Shown in pieces: positions 10,901 through 19,151 of a stretch of 64,000 nucleotides of DNA. The notes below the pieces were generated by a model. That model saw nothing but the letters and a program-made list of their open reading frames with translations, did not search any database and was not told the origin of the DNA. Every line of letters begins with the position of its first letter. Position 1 is the first letter of the stretch. The stretch is from Planctomycetota bacterium (lineage in GTDB: Bacteria > Planctomycetota > UBA8108 > SXIK01), in the NCBI GenBank assembly GCA_965223265.1, contig OZ244999.1, positions 7,424,001 through 7,488,000 on the forward strand. The letters are read 5' to 3'. A program made the translations under genes and the position numbers.

Positions 10901-13101
10901 GTGGCTGAGGCGTGGTGAGCGCCGCGCGGACGTCCCTGTCGATCGGCTTCCAGCTTCGCCACGTGGTCACGATAGAACTGGTGGAGTCGGCGTGAACGTT
11001 CCATGGCGTCTTCTATCTCTTCTGCGAGTTGCAACGCCGTCACGTCCGCCCAGTCCTGCTCGATCGCCACTCCGACGGCACGGTATTGCTCCATGACGCT
11101 AGCCGGTATCGCGACGGCGCCGGCTGAGGCGTCGGTGCGAACGTTCGTCTGCTGTTGGAGAGCCGCCAGGCGTGCGCCGAGGGAACGCGTCAGTGGTCGC
11201 ACCCGGTGCATGAGGCTATCGCTTAGAAGAGCCAAGAAACGTCGTGAAGGAGTGGCGACCGGGATCGATCGAGCAAGATCCTCCAGCTGCGCTCCGCTTC
11301 GCATGCAGCGCGCCGCGATATCGTCGACGCGAGAAATCAAACGCCCGAGGACCTCAGCGGTGACGTCGGTGCTCTGGGCACCCACCCTCGAGGCAAGACC
11401 AAGCTCTGGCAAGCGCGTCCACTCGGACACCGTGTCGCGTAGCGACAACTCGAGATCGCGAAGAGACGCTAGCCAGTCGTCACCTTCTGGCGCAGAGCCG
11501 GCAAGCGAAACCAGTAGTCGGCACGCGGAAACCGTGGCAGTTTGCCCCAGCAAGTCCTCAATCTGTAGATCAAGCACAACGATGTCGCCGGGCTCGAGCT
11601 CTTGCGCCGCCAGGTCGAGTTGATGCGGCACTTCGATCAGGCGCGCCGGAGGGCGTGCCTCTTCGTTGCGCGCCGCGGCGTTCGCCGCGCTGTCGGAATA
11701 GACTTCGACAACGCGCGCCGCGCGAGACCTGTTGGCGAGACGAATGTGAGCTCGAACCGACGCGATTCCGACGTCGTCTTGGGCTCGGACCTCCAGCTGT
11801 AGTCGGCTCGTCGGCTCGACTTCGAGCTCTGCCTGCCGCGGCCAAAGGAGAGCGACCGTTGGTGGGTCATCAGTCAATGTCTCCACCGGATAGCGCTGCC
11901 CCCAAGAATTGGTGACGCCATCTGCCCCTTCGAGTAGCAAATCGTACGAGTCGAGGTCACGGTCGAGGGTGAACGCATCGAAGCGCACCGTCCCGGCGTG
12001 GATTCGCCCTGAGAGTGTAGCGGCGGCCGCGTCAGCTTCATCGCCCGCTCGATGCAGGCGCAAGACCGCTACGCGCAGCAATGCGTCCGATTCGACTTCG
12101 AGTGTAACCCGCGTCGCCGCCAAAGCACGTAGTCCACCGTCAGCACTCTCCTTCACCACCGGCTCCGCACGTCCTGTGTACGCTGGTAGTTGATAGATAA
12201 AACGGAACTGACTCGGTGCGGGCGGAGGGCGTGCCGCGAGGGTGTACCACTGACTGACGAAATCCCCGGCCCGCACTCGGTAGTGAACGTCCCCACTCAA
12301 GGCGGGAAGCTCCCAACGCGCCCACGTCCCTCCATCCGCCCGAACAAGATCCGCAGTCATCTCTGCCACTTCAGTGCGGTCGCCGTACCTCAAGGTGAGC
12401 AGTGCTTGCTGGGCCCGACCGCGATTCAGCCCAGCCCGAATCACCGGCGTCGAACCGATCGCAAAGCTTCGGCTACCAGGAAACACGACGAGGTGGACAC
12501 TGGAAGGTCGAGGTAGATCGCTCGTCGGTTGGAGAAAACGTGCCGCTAACGCGCCGAACGTTGAGGGTGCGAGGCCGGCCCAGGCAACCACCACGACAGC
12601 GACGGCGGCAGCCACCGCGACCGAGCGATACGATCGTTTCCATGGGAGTCGCGACGCTGGGTCGAGGCGCTCAACTCTCTCGACGACGAACCGCTCCAAA
12701 TTCGAAAGGAGCACAGACGAGTAACGCTGTCTTTCCTCTGCCGACGACGCCCCAAGGCCGAACGTTGTACGGACGGCCTCGGTGAGCTCAGGCGTCAACT
12801 CGTCCAGACGCTGCGCGACGTGACGCCAGCGGAGACGATGGAGCGTGAAGCCGACAGCGAAAGCTAAAGAGACGACGAACACGGCCACGGTTGACAAAGT
12901 CAAGGCCATGCGCGCGACCACCGGGAGAAGCAGGTAACGATCAAGGAGCAGGGCGCCGACAAAGAAGAGCAGCGAGACGCTCAGGCACAAACCGAACGCG
13001 AACGAGGCACGCTGCCAAATCAATCGCCACCGAAATTGCTTCAAGAGCTGCTCGGCCTCGTGGTCGAGCTTCCAAACAGCTTCGCTACGGCTCTCAGGCA
13101 T
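7981..13101 (-). CDS. Large membrane-anchored coiled-coil protein (DUF4175-like)
   Basis: About 1700 aa with N-terminal TM helices, DDPPTV..P and RAQDDVGI Ig-like motifs, a long Ala/Glu/Arg coiled coil and a C-terminal YP.RFRELVRAY motif. Start uncertain (13101 or 13158). Confidence 0.7.
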   Translation of the reverse strand: MPESRSEAVWKLDHEAEQLLKQFRWRLIWQRASFAFGLCLSVSLLFFVGALLLDRYLLLPVVARMALTLSTVAVFVVSLAFAVGFTLHRLRWRHVAQRLDELTPELTEAVRTTFGLGASSAEERQRYSSVLLSNLERFVVERVERLDPASRLPWKRSYRSVAVAAAVAVVVVAWAGLAPSTFGALAARFLQPTSDLPRPSSVHLVVFPGSRSFAIGSTPVIRAGLNRGRAQQALLTLRYGDRTEVAEMTADLVRADGGTWARWELPALSGDVHYRVRAGDFVSQWYTLAARPPPAPSQFRFIYQLPAYTGRAEPVVKESADGGLRALAATRVTLEVESDALLRVAVLRLHRAGDEADAAAATLSGRIHAGTVRFDAFTLDRDLDSYDLLLEGADGVTNSWGQRYPVETLTDDPPTVALLWPRQAELEVEPTSRLQLEVRAQDDVGIASVRAHIRLANRSRAARVVEVYSDSAANAAARNEEARPPARLIEVPHQLDLAAQELEPGDIVVLDLQIEDLLGQTATVSACRLLVSLAGSAPEGDDWLASLRDLELSLRDTVSEWTRLPELGLASRVGAQSTDVTAEVLGRLISRVDDIAARCMRSGAQLEDLARSIPVATPSRRFLALLSDSLMHRVRPLTRSLGARLAALQQQTNVRTDASAGAVAIPASVMEQYRAVGVAIEQDWADVTALQLAEEIEDAMERSRRLHQFYRDHVAKLEADRQGRPRGAHHASATTTARLQHMAEEVARWGEGLERLSAVGGTLAGSTGALFRRVRDIVLPDAAPASGEPETDADTANVSHLRQIEGAVGWALDDLSKLEVRARARVADVHDRRESEDWVRRRLDALVASLSRGGSAETAGSPGETSGGVTAAAIASALVEVQAEIELRQDLRRGDVETVAELTAIAEILAQLQQESHRHAAETNRVAERASTLLKAYVDTAPSRQLGLIIGLLDEIVADEERLAVRLGETSLWKEHELRLQARTQNELRRALAAAERLLAKGVIASLDDEVAVTARQQSQDALDVARTSMDEATEAAAALSSQHRDESEKRRTVAAASRAASAMDRAAARLSHLRRHGLADALRAREWLLSQRMSAASRLRRLAARETKHAEEIEVHARAAAPGGGETASRLFYEHELIRADVGAVARRIHGESEIGSPSTVAGTTKRRLLARASAQLERLRHSELLTASRRLEVAIAAASASVPDLYAQAAAFARQASQRMDAIAATLSVADVAAANAEASGERHDAAAAEWPLEEIVSAAKRLAERLSSAIPELRARSVQRTFLAAVVESLEAAKGHFLHAVAAGEAGDRQAAVGAFEAGRRQLDAALASLGEASSPAGEGQDDSALPDGDEDAADQDTVDERDKLAEELAARIARLQEIQELERRISDLLADLEAQGDASAESLDALRKQQEEILERLESQMPSLEELSELVVRLTEIQSDVAELRGAQTGLHRELASHDWGAEKLSATALSELRRGAELQRLLKSQGDEIALRLTRHGFRLAAALPQVAAPYLQAHGATRRLRKTQVDAESTLHTAAASSGRLAVDELDEQFQAVDTALEALMKTLEAIESGALAALSRAEEGGRPGNGRQALEESRAAMAAAARSLQSGRTSEARAAQERAVRSLAEAAQAVRAQAQVQLFDPTTFDAAVDDRLWAAQTRGEASDQTVRFRARGVYADLAYPTRFRELVRAYLEAVAKLRP

Positions 13102-13447
13102 CACAGTCCTCGACACGTCCCGCTGCGGGATCCCGTCGCGCCTTCGCCGGCGCCTCACCTCGCGTAACCGCGTTCACTCCGCGGCCAAAGTGAGCCCTTG
13201 TCATTCGCGTCGAACTGCGAGCGAAGCGCGAGACAGAGAACATCGAGGCTTGCGGCATGGGGGCAGATACGTTTTGTGTGTTCCGCAACGGTCGGCGACG
13301 GGTGCCGCCGCGCTCGGCGCATCCCACATTATCGCCGCCTCGCGCTCAAAGATCGCAGCGAAAACGCCCGGAACGCGACTCCGGACAGCGAATCTCGGAC
13401 CACACCAACTGCTCGTCCCGGACAGGCACACGGACCGATCGGTCCAC

Positions 13448-14866
13448 TCACTCGGCTCGACTCCACTGCACAAGGTAGAACGCGTCGGTTTGCGTTCGCA
13501 GCGGATCCAGACACAGGGCAGAGTCGCGAAAACAAGCGGCTGGGAGGCGCTTCGTAGCCCAAGTCGAGGTGTACGGCATGAGATCCGGGTGCGCCGATGC
13601 AAACGCCTGCGACACAGCCTCGTTTTCGTCATGAAGAAACGAACACGTCGCGTACGCTAGACGCCCCCCCGGTTTGACCAGGGGAAGGAAGCGCTCCAGA
13701 ATGGAGCGCTGTAGGAGCGCGAAACGGGCAACATCTTTCGCCTGGTATCGAAGCTTTAGGTCGGGGTTGCGGCGAAGGGTCCCGAACCCACTGCACGGGG
13801 CGTCGACCAAGACCAGGTCCGCCGCGGGCACGTCCTCCGGCAGCGGTCCCTGCGGATCGATGCAGCGCATCTCGATCATGTCGCGGACTCCAGCTTCCGA
13901 AGCTCGCCGTTCGAGCTCTTCGAGCTTCCGCGACAAGACGTCACACGCAATGAGCCGCGTCCGGCTCCAAACGCCGAGCGGATCGTCGGAGCTCCTGTCA
14001 CCAAACAACGTGTCCGCGAGTGCGAGCGTCTTGCCACCCGCACCAGCGCACGCCTCGACGATGGTCATACCCAGCTCTGCATCCAGCGCGCAAGCGACGA
14101 TTTGACTGCCTTCGTCTGCGACCTCTACCCAAGCCTCACGGCTGGCTCGTGTACCCGTGAGGTTTCGCCGCGTCGCCAAGCGCAGGCCCGCAGGGCTCCA
14201 AGGAGTCAACTGCACTTCAATGCCCAGCTCTGACTCAAGATGCTCTCGTACCGTCTCCCGCTTGACGACGCGGCGGTTGACCCGCAAGTCGACCGTTGCC
14301 GACTGTGCCAGACGCGCCGCAAGCTCCCGTGCCTGCCCCGCACCGATCCATCGAATCAGCCGTTCAGCCAGCCAAGGCGGCAGAGACATCTCTGCTGCCT
14401 GCCGCTCGGCGGACTCGCTCGGCCAGTCATGATCGGTGAACGGACATTCACTCCACCGCGGCGCAGCGATCAGAGCCCGAGCCGCACGCTCGTCTGCGGC
14501 GCACGGCCAGACGACGCCACGCGCCGCTGACAGGGTGTCGCTCCATTCCCACGGGAAGAGGCCGTCAGCCGCGAGAGCAAGTACCTCGCACAGGGCTTTG
14601 ACTCGCGGTGACGGGCTTGCACTCTGCGGGCCAGTGTCGAGCTCCAATTCACCGCGCTGGCTCACTGCCGCGACGCGGGCGGACGCACGGGGAAAATGCC
14701 GCAGCCACGCGTAAGCCGCGTCGCCGAGAAAGCGCCGCTCGCGACTACCGAGAAAGCGCCGCGCCCGGTAGAAACGCCCGAGTCGCGCGTCCGCAGGATA
14801 GTTGCCCGGCGCCATCAATGTCTCGATGAGCTCCAACGCGATACCGAGGAGCGATTCCTGCTTCAT
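13448..14866 (-). CDS. RsmB/NOP2-family RNA m5C methyltransferase
   Basis: ACAGAGGKT SAM motif, VLVDAPCSG and YATCS (both catalytic Cys present). Confidence 0.9.
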   Translation of the reverse strand: MKQESLLGIALELIETLMAPGNYPADARLGRFYRARRFLGSRERRFLGDAAYAWLRHFPRASARVAAVSQRGELELDTGPQSASPSPRVKALCEVLALAADGLFPWEWSDTLSAARGVVWPCAADERAARALIAAPRWSECPFTDHDWPSESAERQAAEMSLPPWLAERLIRWIGAGQARELAARLAQSATVDLRVNRRVVKRETVREHLESELGIEVQLTPWSPAGLRLATRRNLTGTRASREAWVEVADEGSQIVACALDAELGMTIVEACAGAGGKTLALADTLFGDRSSDDPLGVWSRTRLIACDVLSRKLEELERRASEAGVRDMIEMRCIDPQGPLPEDVPAADLVLVDAPCSGFGTLRRNPDLKLRYQAKDVARFALLQRSILERFLPLVKPGGRLAYATCSFLHDENEAVSQAFASAHPDLMPYTSTWATKRLPAACFRDSALCLDPLRTQTDAFYLVQWSRAE

Positions 14867-15179
14867 TCGGGTGATTCCTGCGATCAAAGAAACTGCCGCC
14901 CCGTGTACCACCGCTGGGTCAAGGGTCCCGGATTATCTGCACTCTCCTGCTTTTGGGCAAGTTGTTGTCAAACCCAAAGACAAAGTTGCGCGGCTCTTCC
15001 AGATCTGGGCACTCTTTTGGCACGAAATCGGCAGGAGGGGTCGCCCGCGGCACGGGATGTTACACTTTTCGGGCCAAGAAAACGCCCCGAGGTCCCAGGT
15101 GGGTCAACTCAGACGCCCACGCGTGCCTCCTCGAGCGAGGCGGTACGGATTGCTAGGAAATCCGGTCGGGAAAGAGAGA

Positions 15180-16073
15180 GTGGACGAGTTTACAGGGTCG
15201 AAAACGGCAGTCTTCAAAAAGGGACTTGTCGACAACTTCACGCTCGACAAGAAAATCCCCACGCTCCTCGTCTTGAGAGGCGCGGAGACGGGACTGCGTA
15301 TCGCCGTCAAACAGTCGCGCGTCACCCTCGGGCGCACGATCGATGCAGATATCGTCCTGAACGACCGCTTGATCTCGCGGCAGCACGCTGAGCTCACGAT
15401 CGACGCTGAGTCCGGGGTCTACCGCCTCGTCGATCTCGGCAGCACGAACGGAACATTCGTCAATGATCGTGTCATCGACTGTTGTGACCTTACCGACGGC
15501 GACAAGATCTTTGTCGGATCAACCATTCTGAAGTTCGTACTCGAAGACGAAGTCGATAGCGCGTCCGGCGAACTGTTCGACAAACTGATGTTCGAAGACG
15601 ACCTCACTGGTCTCGTAGTTCGCCGGCGCTTCGACAACGATCTACGCGTGCATCTGCAGTCGGCTCGTGCTCTTGGCAAGAGCATATCTCTTCTGATGAT
15701 GGATATGGACGGACTCAAGGCGATCAACGACACGCACGGACACCAAGTCGGAGCATTCGTCATCGCTGAGACTGGGAAGAAGATCGGTTCCATCTGCAAC
15801 GAGCTGGGGCAGGCTTGTCGCTATGGTGGCGACGAATTCATCGCCTACCTTCTCGAAGTCACCAAGGACGAAGCGGCTGGCGTCGCGGAACGTGTTTGTG
15901 AGGCCGTGCGCGCTCACTCGCTCCAATTCAACGATCTTGAACTCTACGTTTCCATCTCGATTGGCGTGGCAACGTTTCCCGAAGATGCTACAACGGTAGA
16001 AACGTTGACCAAGGCGGCAGACGCGGCCCTCTACCGCGCTAAAGGTGCTGGCCGCGACAGGGTCTCCACTTGA
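15180..16073 (+). CDS. FHA-domain diguanylate cyclase
   Basis: FHA (GR...SRQHA...DLGSTNGTFVN) plus GGDEF domain (DDLTGL, DMDGLKAINDTHGH, RYGGDEF, ADAALYRAK). GTG start at 15180 after a purine-rich RBS. Confidence 0.9.
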   Translation: MDEFTGSKTAVFKKGLVDNFTLDKKIPTLLVLRGAETGLRIAVKQSRVTLGRTIDADIVLNDRLISRQHAELTIDAESGVYRLVDLGSTNGTFVNDRVIDCCDLTDGDKIFVGSTILKFVLEDEVDSASGELFDKLMFEDDLTGLVVRRRFDNDLRVHLQSARALGKSISLLMMDMDGLKAINDTHGHQVGAFVIAETGKKIGSICNELGQACRYGGDEFIAYLLEVTKDEAAGVAERVCEAVRAHSLQFNDLELYVSISIGVATFPEDATTVETLTKAADAALYRAKGAGRDRVST

Positions 16074-16138
16074 TGATCCGTGCTCCATTGAACGCTTCAC
16101 ATGGTAGCGCCAGCCTAGCATGAAAATTGTGACATCGG

Positions 16139-17167
16139 ATGGCCAAGTTCGAGCGATGTGAACGCTTCGTCAGTTGCGACTGGGGTACGTCTCATCTGCG
16201 GACAAGGCTTGTCGAACGCGAGCCTCTGCGCATCGCCGCTGAGGTGAGCTCCACCGACGGCGCCGCTGCTTTGCAGGAGCGCGCGCTCGCCGACGTCGAG
16301 GCTGAAGGCGGCGAGCTACATCAGCAGCGCGCGAGAATCTACGCCAAGACGTTAGCTCAACAAGTCAGGAATCTCGCCGAGGATTATGGTAACGAAATCA
16401 CTCGGCTGCCAGTGGTCGTCTCAGGCATGGCAACGTCGACCATCGGCTGGCACGACGTGCCCTACGCCACCACCCCGTTTCGCCTTGACGGGTGCGGCCT
16501 CGAAACCCTCGAGCTGACAGCGAGCAGCGAAGTCTCGAACCCGGTGCTACTGGTTTCTGGAGTGGCGTCCAGCCGTGACGTGCTGCGCGGAGAGGAGACA
16601 GAGGCTCTCGGCATCCTGGCAGATGAGGTTTACCAGGATCTGCAACAAGACGCGACTCTGATTCTGCCGGGAACGCACGCCAAACATCTGCGCCTTGTTG
16701 ATAGAGCCTGCATCGGTTTTCGCACTTACATGACTGGAGAGTTGTTCAGCCTCCTCGCGGAGCACTCGGTGCTCAGGCACACGATCAATGCTGCAGCCCT
16801 GGTGAGTGCATGGCAGCAATCGTCGCAGCTGGTGGAGGCGTTTCAGCTCGGCGTGCAGCGAGGCGCGGCCGAGCCACTAACGCATATCCTCTTCTCGGTG
16901 CGTGCCGAGTGTGTCCTCGGCGAGCGTGATCTCGACGGCAGCGCCGCGTATCTCAGCGGACTGATCATCGGTCATGAAGTCGCGGACCTCGCAAGACGTG
17001 GGGTCGAGCCTCTTGTTTTCGCACCGCCGCCTCGTTTACGAGACTCCTATGCACTCGCCTGCGCGGCGCTGGCGCTCGAAAACCGGGCCCGATTCGTCAG
17101 CGAGGAGGTCATGCGACTCGCGGCGGCACGCGGTCAGCTTCTCATTCTCGATGCGGCCACCGCGTAG
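16139..17167 (+). CDS. dgoK: 2-dehydro-3-deoxygalactonokinase
   Basis: CDWGTSHLR, SGM, DVLRGEET, LPGTHAKH, TYMTGELF and YLSGLIIG motifs. Confidence 0.85.
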   Translation: MAKFERCERFVSCDWGTSHLRTRLVEREPLRIAAEVSSTDGAAALQERALADVEAEGGELHQQRARIYAKTLAQQVRNLAEDYGNEITRLPVVVSGMATSTIGWHDVPYATTPFRLDGCGLETLELTASSEVSNPVLLVSGVASSRDVLRGEETEALGILADEVYQDLQQDATLILPGTHAKHLRLVDRACIGFRTYMTGELFSLLAEHSVLRHTINAAALVSAWQQSSQLVEAFQLGVQRGAAEPLTHILFSVRAECVLGERDLDGSAAYLSGLIIGHEVADLARRGVEPLVFAPPPRLRDSYALACAALALENRARFVSEEVMRLAAARGQLLILDAATA

Positions 17168-17194
17168 AGCCGTCTGCCAACCCAGCGAAAATGG

Positions 17195-17905
17195 TCATCG
17201 CGTCGCCTCAGACATCGAGCGCACCACCAGGCATCGACGCTCGAGATCGAAGGCATAGATCGCAGTCGCGGCGTTCGGAGCAGTGTCAGTGTCGGTGACT
17301 CGCAAGACGGGCAATCCGTCACGCAGCTCAACGTGGAGAACGTTGTCCGCAAGCTCAATGACAAACGGAGTGGTGGCGTGGAGTGCGGAGCTCGGGTCAT
17401 CCGCGATCAGGCGCAATCGAAATTCGCCGCGCATAGAAACCGCTTCGACGACGAGCGCAGCTGCAGCGTGACGAGCAGCGTCGTCGTCGACTCGCCCGGT
17501 CGGCGTGACAGGCCCAGACACGTTGAAGACCGCGGCGTTCGGCACCATTTCGACAAAACGGCCGTCCGCAGCGAAGACGAAAAGGTGCGGCAGCGGCGTG
17601 ACGCGATGAATCTCTTTGGCTCGGACGACATGGTACTCAGCGCCATCGGGACCCGCCACGACACCGTAGGGTAAACCGAACGCCTCGACTCGATCGTCGT
17701 AGGTGAAGTCTCTGGCGAAGTGGCGACGCAGATTGACGCACAGAAGAGCATAGAGAGCTTCAGCTCGCTTCCCGTCTGGACCGGCCAGCTCTTCGACGTG
17801 TCGCGTGCGGGTCCGCTGTCGATACATCTGGGCACCAGCGGCCGCAGCAAAAGCTCCACCGATGATCAAAACAACGATCAATGGTCCGACGAGGCGACGA
17901 GTCAC
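17195..17905 (-). CDS. Hypothetical protein with N-terminal signal/TM segment
   Basis: 236-aa ORF with a hydrophobic N-terminus. It fills the gap convergent to dgoK. Confidence 0.5.
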   Translation of the reverse strand: MTRRLVGPLIVVLIIGGAFAAAAGAQMYRQRTRTRHVEELAGPDGKRAEALYALLCVNLRRHFARDFTYDDRVEAFGLPYGVVAGPDGAEYHVVRAKEIHRVTPLPHLFVFAADGRFVEMVPNAAVFNVSGPVTPTGRVDDDAARHAAAALVVEAVSMRGEFRLRLIADDPSSALHATTPFVIELADNVLHVELRDGLPVLRVTDTDTAPNAATAIYAFDLERRCLVVRSMSEATR

Positions 17906-18149
17906 AGTGCGAAAGCGTGGTCAGTTCAACGCGGCCGAATCAGAACCTGATCCTGCTCCGCTCCGGCCGCAGAAATCAGTTGGACGAGCAACAAGGAAGC
18001 TCCAAAGGTAACAGGTCGTGTGGTCCAGCCGAACGACTTTCTCTTGTCTCGGTCGCCTCGCCACTCATTCCAGGATCCGAAGCCCGTGCGCGTGATCCCA
18101 ACGCGTGCAAAAAATGGCCTGCGAGGGCGGCGAATTGTGCCGCGTTTGC

Positions 18150-18218
18150 GTGGGAGTGTGGGTGGGAGTGTGGGTGGGAGTGTGGGTGGGAGTGTGGGTG
18201 GGAGTGTGGGTGGGAGTG
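18150..18218 (+). repeat. (GTGGGAGTGTGG) x5.7 tandem repeat, G-quadruplex-prone
   Basis: Five perfect 12-mers from 18150 plus a partial copy, with repeated GGG tracts. Confidence 0.95.
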
Positions 18219-18221
18219 GAC

Positions 18222-18331
18222 GTGTCCGGTACGCTTCTGACTCGGTATCGGTATCTGCCTCTGACTCTGACTCCGTATCCGTATCCGCCTCTGCCTCTGG
18301 CTCTGACTCCGTATCTGTTTCCGTATCTGTC
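18222..18331 (+). repeat. Left direct repeat of cassette A (hexamer-periodic TCTGAC/TCCGTA/TCTGCC array)
   Basis: 18222-18257 is identical over 36 nt to 18961-18996. Both continue as degenerate TCNGNN hexamers. Confidence 0.9.
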
Positions 18332-18337
18332 TCGTCG

Positions 18338-18370
18338 TCAAAACCCGCCGCGCGAAGTGCTGCACGGCGG
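18338..18370 (-). terminator. Hairpin plus T-tract downstream of four-helix-bundle gene A
   Basis: On the minus strand CCGCCGTGC...GCGCGGCGG is followed by GTTTTGA. The same structure is conserved downstream of copy C. Confidence 0.6.
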
Positions 18371-18385
18371 ACCAAGGTTTCCGCG

Positions 18386-18709
18386 TCAGCGCGTCAGTTT
18401 CCAGAGCATTGCCTGCAGCCGATCGATGTCCGCAAGCACCGCAGTTGTCTCCACTGCATCGACGTAGCCCCACGCCTCAGCAACGCGCAGAGCCGTCCGC
18501 ACCTCCTCGGCGCTGCCCGAAGCAATGCGCCAAAGATGGCCGCGGTCACGACCCTGACGCCGATTGCCCTCGCCGAGGTTGAGTGCCACTGAAGAACCCG
18601 CGTCGCGCAGCTGAGCGGCCAGCTTTGAGTCGTGACGACGGATGCTCGAGACAAGGGGACGCAGCTGACGAACGATGCCAAAAGTGTGATCCAGAGCAAG
18701 AAAGCTCAT
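18386..18709 (-). CDS. Four-helix-bundle protein (23S rRNA IVP / bAvd-like), copy A
   Basis: 107 aa with the family signature L..QLRDAGSSVALNLGEG...R...IASGSAEEV.T.L..A..WGY. GGAG RBS. Differs from copy C at 11 of 107 positions. Confidence 0.85.
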   Translation of the reverse strand: MSFLALDHTFGIVRQLRPLVSSIRRHDSKLAAQLRDAGSSVALNLGEGNRRQGRDRGHLWRIASGSAEEVRTALRVAEAWGYVDAVETTAVLADIDRLQAMLWKLTR

Positions 18710-18754
18710 GTGTGACTCCGGTAACGGCTGAGCGACCTGTCGCCGACGCCCGAC

Positions 18755-18878
18755 GCGGCGGCGTTTCACTGCCGCCAACCGAACGAGAGACGGGGTCAAG
18801 GGCGCGAAGCGCCGAGCGCAGCGAGGGCACCCTTGAGGCCGGCTCTCGTTCGGTTACGATCGACACAATCGCCGCCGC
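18755..18878 (-). ncRNA. Conserved structured leader element (RNA or ssDNA), copy A
   Basis: Nested stems GCGGCGGCG/CGCCGCCGC, AACCGAACGAGAG/CTCTCGTTCGGTT and TCAAGGG/CCCTTGA. The 42-nt core at 18795-18836 is identical in all three copies. Confidence 0.7.
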
Positions 18879-18960
18879 ACGCACGCCATAGCAACCCGCC
18901 GCTTCTCTGCCTGCCTCCGACTCGATCTCCGATTCCGCCTCGGAATGCGTGGGCGTGGGA

Positions 18961-19111
18961 GTGTCCGGTACGCTTCTGACTCGGTATCGGTATCTGGCTC
19001 TGACCCGTGTCTCCGTATCTGCCTCTGACTCTGACTCCGTATCCGTATCCGTATCTGCCTCTGACTCTGACTCCGTATCTGTTTCCGCCTCTGCCTCTGA
19101 ACAGAGGCGGA
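18961..19111 (+). repeat. Right direct repeat of cassette A (hexamer array ending in a hairpin)
   Basis: Matches 18222 onward. Ends with the inverted repeat TCCGCCTCTG...CAGAGGCGGA at 19084-19111. Confidence 0.9.
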
Positions 19112-19151
19112 TACGGACGCCGGGGACGCAGTCGGGACCGGCTCGTTTCGT

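Noticed and set aside
13160-13447. Small gene between the DUF4175-like gene and rsmB
   Set aside because: The candidate ORFs overlap rsmB, are Arg/Pro-rich shadow frames and show no recognisable motif.
17881-18592. Low-complexity ORFs (ETDTE, HSHP, VGGS, WECG repeats)
   Set aside because: They are translations of the simple repeats in every frame, with no protein-family signal.
18386-18709. 23S rRNA intervening sequence
   Set aside because: No rRNA sequence flanks any of the three genes.
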